DNA from: a virus
Lineage: Duplodnaviria > Caudoviricetes
Virus record (IMG/VR): IMGVR_UViG_2974611271_000001
Coordinates: 1 to 64,000 of that record
Length of the DNA: 64,000 nt
Reading direction: 5' to 3' (one strand)
Shown here one piece after another: positions 1 through 9,153 of the stretch; within the stretch, counting starts at the first letter, position 1; each line of letters starts with the position of its first letter. Position numbers and translations under genes: made by a program. The notes beneath the pieces were generated by a model. That model was not told the DNA's origin, made no database searches, and saw nothing but the letters and a program-made list of their open reading frames with translations.

Positions 1-4
1 CGAC

Positions 5-301
5 ATGACCGTTTACCAGGTGCAGTTCACCGACTATTCCGGTCAATGGTACGTCTGCGCCGATCACCGGGTCGAGTGCGTCGAACTGCTCGAGAAGGAC
101 GAGCGCGGCCTGCATCAGGGCATGAGCGCATCCGGGCGCGTGTGGCAACGCACGGGCATGCACGCGACCGAGGATCTCGACTATGCGAAGCAGTGCCTCG
201 CTCGCGCACGTCGCCTCGACACGAAGGGCTGGACATATCGACTGATCCGGCGCCGCATCGTGCAGAAGGTCGAAGTGCTGCAAGAGGAGACATGGGCATG
301 A
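5..301 (+). CDS. hypothetical protein
   Basis: 98-aa ORF with phage-like codon usage; stop overlaps next start (ATGA at 298-301). Confidence 0.6.
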   Translation: MTVYQVQFTDYSGQWYVCADHRVECVELLEKDERGLHQGMSASGRVWQRTGMHATEDLDYAKQCLARARRLDTKGWTYRLIRRRIVQKVEVLQEETWA

Positions 302-618
302 AACGCTACACGGTCACGCATGATGGGACGGCTGAACCCATCTCGCCGCTGCTCGAAGACATGCGCGTCGCGCACGGCATCGCTGCGTCGATGGGCGACG
401 ACTTCAACGTGACGACGTGGATCGGTCATTTCGGCCTCCCGTCCGTCGCCGTCGTCATGCGCGAACTCGACGGTCACGAGCGCGTCGAAACGATCTGCCT
501 TTACACGGCGCAGGCGAACAAACTCGCGCGGCAGTACAACGACGAGCGACCTGGTTCCTACGTCGTGCGCAACATCGTGCTGAACTGTCAGTACCCACAC
601 GGAGGAGACGACCTGTGA
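298..618 (+). CDS. hypothetical protein (MKRYTVTHDG...)
   Basis: ATG at 298 after GAGGAG; coupled to neighbours. Confidence 0.55.
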   Translation: MKRYTVTHDGTAEPISPLLEDMRVAHGIAASMGDDFNVTTWIGHFGLPSVAVVMRELDGHERVETICLYTAQANKLARQYNDERPGSYVVRNIVLNCQYPHGGDDL

Positions 619-863
619 GCCTCGAGATCGAACTGCGCGTCGAAACGAAAGCGACGGTCGAGTTCGACCGTGAACCGACGGACGAGGAATGGCGCTGCAT
701 CCTCGACTCGATCATCGGGCAGATGAGCGAGAACGAGGTCCTGCGATGGCTGAACGCGTCCGAGTACGGGCGCACGCTGAAATCCGCCTTCACACGTTCA
801 CATCTGAGAGCGCCGATGCGCGCCGGGCGCAAAGCATCAACGGGATCGGGAGATGACACATGA
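615..863 (+). CDS. hypothetical protein
   Basis: GTG start after GGAGGAG, overlapping previous stop. Confidence 0.55.
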   Translation: MSLEIELRVETKATVEFDREPTDEEWRCILDSIIGQMSENEVLRWLNASEYGRTLKSAFTRSHLRAPMRAGRKASTGSGDDT

Positions 864-1249
864 AACGGCTCGGTATCTTCAACTGGCTCGAGCACCAGAT
901 CCGGCACCGCAAGGTGCAACGCGAACGGCTCGGGCGCATCGACTTGACGCGCCACGTGGACAAGCCGTCGATGCTCGACCGCGTTCCCGTCGTGCATGTC
1001 GTCGACTATCGCATCCACATCGGTGCGCGCGTCGCTGTGCAAGACAGCACGGACGGCGCATGGGACGAGGCACGCGCGAAAGTGTGCGCGCTCATGGGTC
1101 GCGAGATGTTCACCGACCTGACCGGAGAGCTGCTCGACCTGCGCGAGTACGTCTTCGAGGAAGGCATCGGGCGCGACGTGGAAGATCGCATCACGCGCAT
1201 CATCGCGCTCACTCGTGGCGAGGAGGTTCCTGATGTGCCTCACTCCTGA
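860..1249 (+). CDS. hypothetical protein
   Basis: 129-aa ORF, GGAG SD, ATGA overlap. Confidence 0.6.
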   Translation: MKRLGIFNWLEHQIRHRKVQRERLGRIDLTRHVDKPSMLDRVPVVHVVDYRIHIGARVAVQDSTDGAWDEARAKVCALMGREMFTDLTGELLDLREYVFEEGIGRDVEDRITRIIALTRGEEVPDVPHS

Positions 1250-1424
1250 CATGTTCGCCTACTTCATCGGCCTGCTCGAGGCGCACCTGATCGAAGGCAT
1301 GATGACCGGCGTGCGCATCATGGCCGAGAACGGTCCGGTCGACTGGATCTGGCTTCCCGAGGAGCGCCTGTGGTGCATCGACGGCGCGCTCGCACCCATT
1401 GGACCGGATCGGAGGTTCCCATGA
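1233..1424 (+). CDS. hypothetical protein
   Basis: ATG after GAGGAGG; coupled. Confidence 0.5.
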   Translation: MCLTPDMFAYFIGLLEAHLIEGMMTGVRIMAENGPVDWIWLPEERLWCIDGALAPIGPDRRFP

Positions 1425-1549
1425 TCATCGTCAACGGAAAGACCCAGACGCTCGTCGTGTTCGGTGAGGTGTCGCAGAACGACTTCCTCAAGTTCATGGC
1501 GCAGATGCAGCACGCAATCTACCAGCACAAGGGAGGCGAACCGGTATGA
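1421..1549 (+). CDS. small hypothetical protein (42 aa, MIIVNGKTQT...)
   Basis: GGAGG SD; ATGA overlaps on both sides; below the ORF-track cutoff. Confidence 0.55.
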   Translation: MIIVNGKTQTLVVFGEVSQNDFLKFMAQMQHAIYQHKGGEPV

Positions 1550-1956
1550 GCGATCAACAAGCAATCGACGCGCTGTCGCAACTGCAGGACGTGATCCTGA
1601 CCAAGATGTGGGACGCCGCGCGCGGATCAGAGTTCGGCGACGACGGGATTGCGTTCGGACTGAAATTCTTCGAACCGATCCCGCGCGAGATCGCACGTGG
1701 CATGCTGCGCGACATGAAGGACCGCGGATATGTTCAGCACATGAAAGGGCTCTGGTCAGAAGACGGAGAGCCGCGCGGAGCTGGCTACGGTCTGACACAG
1801 AAGGCGATCCGTGAACTGCGATCCGGTGAGCGTGAGGCGTATGGCGACCAACCGTGGGAGGTTCGCGAAGCGGGCCGCTACGGACCGCCCGGGCTTGCGG
1901 ACCGGCCGTTCGACGCATCGAAGGAGTATGGTGGCAATGGTTCAATCCCGTTCTGA
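1546..1956 (+). CDS. hypothetical protein, possible winged-helix; ends GSIPF
   Basis: IARGMLRDMKDRGYVQH...GYGLTQKA resembles a wHTH wing. Confidence 0.55.
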   Translation: MSDQQAIDALSQLQDVILTKMWDAARGSEFGDDGIAFGLKFFEPIPREIARGMLRDMKDRGYVQHMKGLWSEDGEPRGAGYGLTQKAIRELRSGEREAYGDQPWEVREAGRYGPPGLADRPFDASKEYGGNGSIPF

Positions 1957-2281
1957 CTTCCTTATCAAGCGCTACTGCGTCGCCGTTGTTGGCTTTCCCG
2001 ACGTTTACTTCTACGCGTCGTCACCCGGCAAGGCACGGTCGAAAGCGTGGGAGTCATACCTGCACGCCGACGACCGGTGCTCGTTCAAGCGCTTCATGCA
2101 GATCTCACGCGTCACGAGATGCCGTCGCGTTCCTGATGGCTTCGGCGACGAGATCATGGTGGGCGACGAGCGCGCTTACCGCATCGGGTTCAACGGACAG
2201 TATGTGCAGTTCGTTCGACCGTGTTGCGACGTGATCCTGAACAGCCACCCGCTCGACGTGAAGGAGATCGAGAATGCCTGA
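1937..2281 (+). CDS. hypothetical protein
   Basis: AAGGAG SD upstream; start uncertain (1928 or 1937). Confidence 0.55.
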   Translation: MVQSRSDFLIKRYCVAVVGFPDVYFYASSPGKARSKAWESYLHADDRCSFKRFMQISRVTRCRRVPDGFGDEIMVGDERAYRIGFNGQYVQFVRPCCDVILNSHPLDVKEIENA

Positions 2282-2735
2282 GTTCCATCCAGAGTGGGAG
2301 ATGCGCGAAGAGCTGACGCAGACGGTCGATCTGTGGGTTGCTCGACCCGGCGCCGAGAAACTGCGCAAGCGCATGATGAGCGAGGTGCAGAAGTATTGCG
2401 ACGAGGTAGGCCTGTGCGTCACCGTCACATCGACGCGGTTCGTGTTCACGGGTGGCTACGAAATGGGCTACCGCGTCGGCCTTCGCAACTACCCGCGCTT
2501 CCCTGTCGATTGCACGACCGAGCTTTTGGGACACGCTGAGCGCATCGGCATGCGCATGGCTCAAGTCGGCGAGCAAGGATCGTTCATGATCGAGGAAGTG
2601 GGTCAGACGACCTACTGGTTCACTCGCCGTTTAAATGATGGTGAGTCGCCGCAAGGCATGGCGGAGTGCGATTGTCAGCAGCAATCGGTCTGCGCAAGAG
2701 TCGGCTGCGTCGAGCGCGGCTGGAAAGGTGACTGA
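2274..2735 (+). CDS. hypothetical protein
   Basis: 153-aa ORF, AAGGAG SD; FTGGYEMG...GLRNYPRFP is typical of a conserved phage family. Confidence 0.65.
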   Translation: MPEFHPEWEMREELTQTVDLWVARPGAEKLRKRMMSEVQKYCDEVGLCVTVTSTRFVFTGGYEMGYRVGLRNYPRFPVDCTTELLGHAERIGMRMAQVGEQGSFMIEEVGQTTYWFTRRLNDGESPQGMAECDCQQQSVCARVGCVERGWKGD

Positions 2736-2747
2736 AAGGACCTAGGA

Positions 2748-3944
2748 ATGGAAAAAGACACCAACCCGAAAGACGCCATCGGGACGAAAAAGTGGCGGCA
2801 ATTCATGGCGGTACCGCGTCAAGTGCTTTGGGAGGTGGGCGTCGGAATGCTCGAGGGTGCGCTCAAGTATGGGCGGCACAACTATCGCGCGGCCGGTGTT
2901 CGGGCGAGCGTGTATCTCGACGCCGCCTTCGGTCACCTCGACCAGTTCGTCGAGGGCGAGGATGTGGATGCGGACAGCGGTCTGTCGCACGTCACGAAGG
3001 CGATCTGCTCGCTTGTCGTGCTGCGCGACGCGATGATGAACGACTTCTGGGTCGATGATCGTCCGCCGAAGATCAAGGACCTGGATGGCGTGCGCGCACG
3101 GCTGCAGGCGATGGTCGAGGAGAATTTCGAACGCTATGAGGACAAGAATCCGCATCACTACACGCAGGCCGAGGATGAACCGCCCTACCTCGATCCCGAC
3201 GGGCAAGCGTTCTTCGGCGTAAATCTGGATCGCTACAAGCGAGCGGCGATGGATCGCATAGTCGATTCCGGCGAATGGCAGTCGCGAGTCGATGAAGAAA
3301 AGGCGCGTGCTGATCTCGACATGAAGAAGCGCGCGGATGCCCTTTCGCAGGAGCGTGCAAACCTCGACAAGATCCTCGAGTCGCTGAAAACACCGACGGT
3401 TCTCGGCATGCCGCCGACGTTCGACGATCTGACGGACCTCGGGTACTGGAACGCATCGGACGAGGACTTCGAGAACGACGACATCCTCGCGACGGCAGCG
3501 GCTCAACCTGCGCTGGTTTACCCGAGCGAGATGCGGATCGGAAAGTACTATCGCGCGGCGCGACGGCACAACGGCGACGACATTCCCGAGCACAAGGGCG
3601 GCGTGTGGAAATGTTTGCGCAAGGAAGGCGACGACGTCTTCGGTGTGAAGCCGGGTTGGCGCAGATCTCATCTCGGGACGAAACTCGCGCCATCGACCCA
3701 GTTCGTCGAGATCGGTGAGCCTGTTGCGACCGAGCGACGCATCCAGCGAGACCTGCTGGCACACGCGCAGAGCTCGGCGTCTGTCACGCCTCCCACGTGC
3801 GGGTTGTCGTCGCACGCGATCAACCTGCTCTGCGAGTGGCGCGAGGCGGAGACGGGCTCACGCATCGACATCGACGGCGATCCTGTTGCCGAGGCGATGG
3901 CGCTCAAGCAGTGGGCGAAGAACGTCGGGATCCTCGACAAGTGA
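2748..3944 (+). CDS. dATP/dGTP diphosphohydrolase N-terminal domain (DUF5664-type) with long C-terminal extension
   Basis: NPKDAIG...GALKYGRHNYR...YLDAAFGHL...GEDVDADSGLSHV...DDRPP signature. Confidence 0.8.
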   Translation: MEKDTNPKDAIGTKKWRQFMAVPRQVLWEVGVGMLEGALKYGRHNYRAAGVRASVYLDAAFGHLDQFVEGEDVDADSGLSHVTKAICSLVVLRDAMMNDFWVDDRPPKIKDLDGVRARLQAMVEENFERYEDKNPHHYTQAEDEPPYLDPDGQAFFGVNLDRYKRAAMDRIVDSGEWQSRVDEEKARADLDMKKRADALSQERANLDKILESLKTPTVLGMPPTFDDLTDLGYWNASDEDFENDDILATAAAQPALVYPSEMRIGKYYRAARRHNGDDIPEHKGGVWKCLRKEGDDVFGVKPGWRRSHLGTKLAPSTQFVEIGEPVATERRIQRDLLAHAQSSASVTPPTCGLSSHAINLLCEWREAETGSRIDIDGDPVAEAMALKQWAKNVGILDK

Positions 3945-4171
3945 TCTGGGACGTGATGGCATACGTGCTGTCCGCGTTCACGCTCGCCAACCTCTGGTTG
4001 GCGGGCAACGTCCATCCGTGGACGTGGCGCGTCGGTCTCGTCGGGCAAGCGCTGTGGTTCGTCTTCGTGATTGGCACGCAGCAATGGGGTCTCATGATCG
4101 GCGTCGTTGGTATCGCTGTCGTGATGATCCGCAACGAGGTGAAATGGAGGAAGAACGATGCGAGTGTCTGA
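3941..4171 (+). CDS. small PnuC-like membrane protein
   Basis: About 3 hydrophobic helices; WLAG...W.VGLVGQALW...QWGL pattern. Confidence 0.5.
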   Translation: MIWDVMAYVLSAFTLANLWLAGNVHPWTWRVGLVGQALWFVFVIGTQQWGLMIGVVGIAVVMIRNEVKWRKNDASV

Positions 4172-4358
4172 TTTGGCAGATGCGCTCAATCGCCAAGTCG
4201 CGAATGGGCATGGCGAGTTCGAGGTCGTCGTGCAGATGGGCAATGGTGACACGAAGCCGGTGAACGGATACGAGGTCGCGACATCGGCGGCCTATGTGGC
4301 GGGCGAGGCGCCGAAGGAACGGCAGCAGGTGCGCTTGATCACGAAGGTCCTGTTCTAG
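4158..4358 (+). CDS. hypothetical protein
   Basis: 66-aa ORF after GGAGG. Confidence 0.55.
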   Translation: MRVSDLADALNRQVANGHGEFEVVVQMGNGDTKPVNGYEVATSAAYVAGEAPKERQQVRLITKVLF

Positions 4359-4388
4359 TTGCGTCGTCGAGTATAAGTCGCTTATGAT
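4359..4388 (+). promoter_or_regulatory. sigma70-like promoter (TTGCGT-N18-TATGAT) overlapped by ATAAGTCGCTTAT operator
   Basis: Hexamers at 4359-4364 and 4383-4388; palindromic site at 4373-4385. Confidence 0.6.
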
Positions 4389-4421
4389 CTACGAAACAAC
4401 GGCGACTCAACGGAGAACAAC

Positions 4422-4676
4422 ATGTCACACGCCCACGCAGGAATGAGCCCGGCAGAAGCCCGCAGGCTCGCACGCATCATCGACGCGAACGCGTCGCGCA
4501 ACCCGGTCCCGTTCCAGTATCGCGTTCGCACGCGCCCGGTCGGTGATCGCTTCGGTGCTTGGACGACCCTCCCGGGTGTTCATTCGTCGCGCGCTGACGC
4601 GGAGAAGATCGCGAAGGCTCATCGCTCATCGTCCTTGGATGTGAGCATCACCGAGAACGCAACCGACGGCTACTAA
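4422..4676 (+). CDS. hypothetical early-type protein
   Basis: Preceded by CAACGGCGACTCAACGGAGA leader. Confidence 0.65.
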   Translation: MSHAHAGMSPAEARRLARIIDANASRNPVPFQYRVRTRPVGDRFGAWTTLPGVHSSRADAEKIAKAHRSSSLDVSITENATDGY

Positions 4677-4686
4677 GGAGATTCTC

Positions 4687-4800
4687 ATGACTACCTACGT
4701 TCAGCAATGGATGTTCCTCGCACTGCTCGGTGTGGTTGGCGCGATGCTCGAAGGTGTCACGATGCAGATCGAAGCCGATCTGAACCGCATCGCGAAGTGA
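4687..4800 (+). CDS. small membrane peptide (37 aa)
   Basis: TAAGGAG SD; one hydrophobic helix WMFLALLGVVGAML. Confidence 0.55.
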   Translation: MTTYVQQWMFLALLGVVGAMLEGVTMQIEADLNRIAK

Positions 4801-4805
4801 TCGAA

Positions 4806-4912
4806 CGCCCTCGCCGGACTCCTGCGGCTGCTGCCTCGCAGCCGTCATAGTCCTGCAATCGGTGCCGGGGAACGAGGGCTCCATAACATGCTCGCCGATT
4901 GCGGGAGGGGCG
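4806..4912 (+). ncRNA. candidate structured RNA (nested hairpins, possible pseudoknot)
   Basis: Stems 4816-20/4849-53, 4825-31/4838-44, 4852-64/4893-4905 (G-U pairs favour + strand) and 4807-13/4873-79. Confidence 0.3.
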
Positions 4913-5002
4913 CGCACCGTTGCGAGATACGGTAGGAGCGTCGCGGGATCGAGACTGCGCGAATGAGCGTGCAGATCGCGGTTTCGCGGCGCTTCGCTCT
5001 CT

Positions 5003-5232
5003 TATAGATCATAGACAAAATCGGTCCCTTTTTTCTCCGCAGAATCCGGTAGGTGTGTGTGTCTCGTGTGAACGGTTTGTTCTTCCAGGATAAACCGCGG
5101 CACACCTCGGTTTTTCGACGTGTGTCTCGTGTGCTTCAGTTGCGCGCCTGTGCTCAGAAGTGACGTTCTCTAATCGGGGATCTGTTTCCTTGCACAGAAC
5201 GAAAGAGGCATCAATTTCGTCTATGATCTATA
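5003..5232. repeat. non-coding repeat locus A: 19-bp inverted repeat TATAGATCATAGACRAAAT plus 14-bp direct repeat GTGTGTCTCGTGTG
   Basis: IR arms 5003-5021 and 5214-5232; DRs 5057-5070 and 5120-5133; related copy at 45053. Confidence 0.75.
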
Positions 5233-5339
5233 GGGAAATCATCCTGGAGACACGCTCTTCCTGGCGAACTCGCCCGGTTCTGGAGCGCGGATCGCTCGAG
5301 GCCTTATCCGGCCTCTGTGCAATCGTTCCTAGGACGGGT

Positions 5340-5360
5340 ATAAGCGACTTAGTTTAAACG
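5340..5360. promoter_or_regulatory. ATAAGCGACTTA operator abutting a GTTTAAAC site, upstream of terS
   Basis: Sequence ATAAGCGACTTAGTTTAAACG. Confidence 0.55.
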
Positions 5361-5379
5361 ATAGAGGATTCTAGTACCT

Positions 5380-5823
5380 ATGGGCGAGCAGATCGTGAAA
5401 CGGGTTGCGGCCGACGGGACCCAGCGCGGCCTCAAGCGACGCGGTTCGAAGAATCGTGCGACCGAACTCCTGGAGCAGATGCAGGAGGACGCCCATCGAC
5501 TGTTCGGGATCGACAACCACGATCCGGTGCGTGCGATGAACCTCGTCGGGATGATGGCCTGGCAAGGCTATCCTGCGACCGACAACGAAGGCCGACCCGT
5601 CCTGGACGAGAACGGCGATCAAGTCATGATCCCGCCCGATCATCAACTCGCCCTCGCTGCGTTCGCGAAGGTCGCGCCTTACGTGCGCTCGCAGCTGCGC
5701 CCGAAGGACGAGGAGGCCGACAACAACGACGACGATCCGAGCGAGGATCGGGAAGAGCTGCTTGGCGTGCTCGAGTCGATGGGCGTAAAGGTCGAAGGCT
5801 ACGAGGAGGGCGACGATGAGTAA
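5380..5823 (+). CDS. terS: terminase small subunit (putative)
   Basis: RRGSKNRAT N-terminal motif, AAFAKVAPYV.SQL motif, acidic tail; upstream of terL. Confidence 0.65.
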   Translation: MGEQIVKRVAADGTQRGLKRRGSKNRATELLEQMQEDAHRLFGIDNHDPVRAMNLVGMMAWQGYPATDNEGRPVLDENGDQVMIPPDHQLALAAFAKVAPYVRSQLRPKDEEADNNDDDPSEDREELLGVLESMGVKVEGYEEGDDE

Positions 5824-6055
5824 CCAGCAATCGTTCATGCCGGACGAGGTCCCGAAGAATCGCGCGTTTAAACGTCGAACGCCGAAACCGATCATCGTCG
5901 AATGGCGCGCGAAAGGTGGACGCTCGTTGATTTGGTTTCGCGATTGGTCGAAGTTCGGTCGATACAAGGACCGGGCAACCGCGGAACAGGTCCTGCGCCA
6001 GAAGGCGCACGACAAGCACTTCGAGTATCGGATCAAGGAGAATCCTGATGACTGA
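5816..6055 (+). CDS. hypothetical basic protein
   Basis: 79-aa ORF, GAGGAGG SD. Confidence 0.55.
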   Translation: MSNQQSFMPDEVPKNRAFKRRTPKPIIVEWRAKGGRSLIWFRDWSKFGRYKDRATAEQVLRQKAHDKHFEYRIKENPDD

Positions 6056-6293
6056 CATCGACCCGAACGATCTGCTTCTGCGGCGTTCGATCAAGTGGCG
6101 AGTTGCAGCAGGCTGGGTGATGGTGATCATCCTCGTTTGGCGATACCTGATCCACCCGGGCGCGAGCACGTTGCTCGTGTTCAACGGCGGTGACCCGCTC
6201 CCTGAACTCCCACCCATCGAATGGACCGACGTTCTCGCAATCATCGGCCTTCCCGTTGGGGGCGCGTTCGCGGATCGGATGACCGATGATTGA
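6048..6293 (+). CDS. holin-like membrane protein (GTA 3TM-holin type)
   Basis: WRVAAGWV motif, two TM segments, LAIIGL.VGG. Confidence 0.55.
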   Translation: MTDIDPNDLLLRRSIKWRVAAGWVMVIILVWRYLIHPGASTLLVFNGGDPLPELPPIEWTDVLAIIGLPVGGAFADRMTDD

Positions 6294-6295
6294 GT

Positions 6296-6532
6296 ATGCG
6301 CTCCTCGGACCGCATCGACTCGGCGGATGGGTCGGTCGACATTGCTTTCGACGTTGACCTGAAAGACGACGTCTTCGCGCTCAATGCAGCGCAGTCCGGG
6401 TGGGTGTATTTTATCGGGCACAACAATCGAGTCGGTCGCGTCTACGTCGCAGCAGGCATCGCGTTCCCGCTGCGCGTCTCTTGCGTTCTCTCCGCAGGGA
6501 CCGAACCCACCGACATCGTGGGGCTGGTATGA
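6296..6532 (+). CDS. head spike base protein (RcGTA Rcc01079-like)
   Basis: C-terminus AGIAFPLRVSCVLSAGTEPTDIVGLV matches the family pattern G..LP.RV..V..TGT....IV.L. Confidence 0.55.
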   Translation: MRSSDRIDSADGSVDIAFDVDLKDDVFALNAAQSGWVYFIGHNNRVGRVYVAAGIAFPLRVSCVLSAGTEPTDIVGLV

Positions 6533-6678
6533 TCGGGATCGGCGTCTCTCCGTCGCTGCTGGCGCTCCTGCGTGCGCCTGATGCGCAATCGCCCGACGAC
6601 GTGCTGTGGGTCTACGAGGGCCGCCCGATCACGCGATCCGTGATCCACGTTCTGGTGCGGTATCGGCTCGCTCGTTGA
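6529..6678 (+). CDS. short protein with MIGIGVS N-terminus (possible truncated head fibre)
   Basis: Directly follows spike base; N-terminus resembles RcGTA Rcc01080 MIALGLGL. Confidence 0.35.
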   Translation: MIGIGVSPSLLALLRAPDAQSPDDVLWVYEGRPITRSVIHVLVRYRLAR

Positions 6679-6765
6679 TACGGTCGAACCGTCGCACCTT
6701 GTTCTTCCGGAGACACGTATTGCGTGAGATCCTAGAATGCGTCCTCGAAACCTAGGAGACCGCTT

Positions 6766-7007
6766 ATGACTTGGCTTCAAGCACTGCGCGCAGCGATCCG
6801 TTCCTTCCTGATCACGCGCGAATCCGAGAACGTCGTCACCGATGTGATCAACAACGGTCTGACGCCCGAGGACATCACGATCATCGACACCTTCCTCGGG
6901 CAGACGATGCCATAACAAATCTCAGCTTCGATCTAGGCCGGGACCTCAACGCGAAATTGCACGTCATGCTCGAAGATGCCACGGTTGCTACAGCACCTTT
7001 AGCATAA
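6766..7007 (+). pseudogene. hypothetical protein interrupted by apparent -1 frameshift near 6898
   Basis: AGGAG-ATG ORF stops at 6915; coding-like -1 frame continues to 7007. Confidence 0.4.
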
Positions 7008-7024
7008 CTCAGGAGACCTCGACG

Positions 7025-7234
7025 ATGATCGACCCGCGCCTCGCAATCACTTGGATCAAACAGGAAGCCCAGGCCACGTGGCTCATGTCGTCGGTCATCG
7101 ACCGCGTCGTCGCAGCAGCGTCGGTCGCGTTCCTTGCGCTCGACATGCTGCAGTTCAACCTCTTCGGGATGATCATGGACGCGGTCGTCGTCGCATACGT
7201 CTGGCACACGGTACGGGAGCGAGTCAATGGTTGA
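7025..7234 (+). CDS. small membrane protein (2 TM)
   Basis: AGGAG SD; two hydrophobic helices. Confidence 0.6.
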   Translation: MIDPRLAITWIKQEAQATWLMSSVIDRVVAAASVAFLALDMLQFNLFGMIMDAVVVAYVWHTVRERVNG

Positions 7235-7544
7235 CATCGAGCAACCGCAGATCGACATCGACCTGACTATGCCGTTCCGTCGTGCGATGATCGAGGCCTT
7301 TGCGGACCTCATCATGTCGCAGCGGGATCTTCGGTTCGCAATCGTGCTCGAGATCCTGTCCCGTGACGACGTGATGGCCGACATGATCGCCGAGGAGTTC
7401 GGTGAGCGTGCGCTGACCTCGAGCGAGGATGACGCATGGCACGACATCATGGCCGACGCGCTCGAAGAGCTGCGCAACACCCCAGGCGGACGAGGCGAGG
7501 TCTTCCATGACGACTACGACGACGAGCCCGGGCTCGAAGACTGA
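7227..7544 (+). CDS. acidic hypothetical protein; probably extends to 7641 via +1 frameshift near 7530
   Basis: EDDAW motif recurs in the +1 frame (TEDDAWEVPY), which ends overlapping the terL start. Confidence 0.55.
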   Translation: MVDIEQPQIDIDLTMPFRRAMIEAFADLIMSQRDLRFAIVLEILSRDDVMADMIAEEFGERALTSSEDDAWHDIMADALEELRNTPGGRGEVFHDDYDDEPGLED

Positions 7545-7630
7545 GGACGATGCGTGGGAGGTCCCATATGTTGATCTCGACGACGAGGAACGCGCGAAGC
7601 GTTTAAACGCACGAGGGAAACGATACCGCC

Positions 7631-9136
7631 ATGCCATTTGACCAGTTTCAAGGCGTAGAATTTGATCCGAACCTGTTCAAGTCGCATGAACTGGGCAAAG
7701 CCCTGCGGTCCGTCGGCATCACCATGCAATCGTTGCGCGAGGACCCGGCACTCGCGCAATACTTCTTCGAGAACCTGTCGCCTCAGGTCCTGAAGAAGCT
7801 TCTCGCCGACTGGCACTTCCTCGCACGCGACAACCAGCTACCGCCCACGGACGATTTCTACGTCTGGCTCTTCCTCGCGGGACGTGGTGCGGGCAAAACG
7901 CGCACGGGCGCCGAATGGGTGCGCGACTCGATCAAAGCGGGCATGAACCGCGGCGGCCTCATCGCACCCACAGCAGCCGACACTCGAGACGTCATGATCG
8001 AAGGCGAATCCGGCCTGCTGTCCGTCTGCAAGCCGTGGGACCGCGACTATCGCGGCAACCTGATGGGCATCCCGGTCTATGAGCCCTCGAAGCGTCGCGT
8101 CACGTGGGAGAACGGCGCTTTCGTGACGACGTATTCCGCCGAAGAGCCCGCGCGCCTTCGAGGACCTCAACACCAGTTCATGTGGATGGACGAGCTCGCC
8201 GCGTGGAAGTCGATGGAGGCCTTCGATCAGGCGATCTTCGGTCTGCGTCTGCGCACGCCACGAGGACGCAAGAACCAGATCTTCATCTCGACGACGCCGC
8301 AACGAAAGCCGCTGGTCGCTGAACTCGTCGCCAAGGCGCTCGATCCCGACAACGCGTCCTTCGTGCGCACGCGCGGTTCGACGGACGAGAACGCGTCGAA
8401 CATGAGCGCCGAAGCCGTCGCACAGATGCGCGAACGCTACGACGGCACGTCGCTGGGTCGTCAAGAGCTCGACGGCGAACTGCTCGACGAGATGGAAGGT
8501 GCGCTGTGGACGCGCACGCTGATCGACTCGAAACGCGCCATGGTGCGCCCGGACATCAGCGACCCGGACACGTTCTGGTTCACGCGCATCGTGATTGGGC
8601 TCGACCCCGCAACGAAGTCGCACGAGGGCGCCGACCTCACCGGCATCGTCGTCGTGGGTCTGGGAAACGATGGGCACGCATACGTTCTCGCCGACTACAC
8701 CGGAAGGTACTCGCCTGGTGAATGGGCAGCGAAGGTGCAATGGGCGAAGGAGAAATGGTATGCGGACGCAATCGTCGCCGAGGTGAACCAAGGCGGCGAC
8801 ATGGTCAAGTTCACGCTTGAGCAATCAGGCGTCGAGACGGGTGGCAATCAACTCGTGATGGTGCACGCAGCACAGGGCAAGGTCGCACGCGCCGAACCTG
8901 TTGCAGCCCTCTACGAGCAGGGCAAGGTGCATCACGTCGGTCGAGCGGTGTTCGACACGCACGGCTTGAAGAACGAAGGCAACCTCGACCTGCTCGAGGA
9001 GCAGATGGTCAGCTGGGAACGCAACACGGCGACCTACTCACCCGACCGCATCGACGCGCTGGTGTGGGCAATCCACGACCTCATTCTGAAGTCGCGGAAA
9101 CCGATCATCACAGGAAAGTTGCGCGGGACGCATTGA
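7631..9136 (+). CDS. terL: terminase large subunit
   Basis: Walker A AGRGAGKT, LRGPQ, Walker B WMDELAAW, nuclease IGLDPA...SPDRIDALVWA. Confidence 0.95.
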   Translation: MPFDQFQGVEFDPNLFKSHELGKALRSVGITMQSLREDPALAQYFFENLSPQVLKKLLADWHFLARDNQLPPTDDFYVWLFLAGRGAGKTRTGAEWVRDSIKAGMNRGGLIAPTAADTRDVMIEGESGLLSVCKPWDRDYRGNLMGIPVYEPSKRRVTWENGAFVTTYSAEEPARLRGPQHQFMWMDELAAWKSMEAFDQAIFGLRLRTPRGRKNQIFISTTPQRKPLVAELVAKALDPDNASFVRTRGSTDENASNMSAEAVAQMRERYDGTSLGRQELDGELLDEMEGALWTRTLIDSKRAMVRPDISDPDTFWFTRIVIGLDPATKSHEGADLTGIVVVGLGNDGHAYVLADYTGRYSPGEWAAKVQWAKEKWYADAIVAEVNQGGDMVKFTLEQSGVETGGNQLVMVHAAQGKVARAEPVAALYEQGKVHHVGRAVFDTHGLKNEGNLDLLEEQMVSWERNTATYSPDRIDALVWAIHDLILKSRKPIITGKLRGTH

Positions 9137-9153
9137 CGCGCCCCGCGTTGGCG

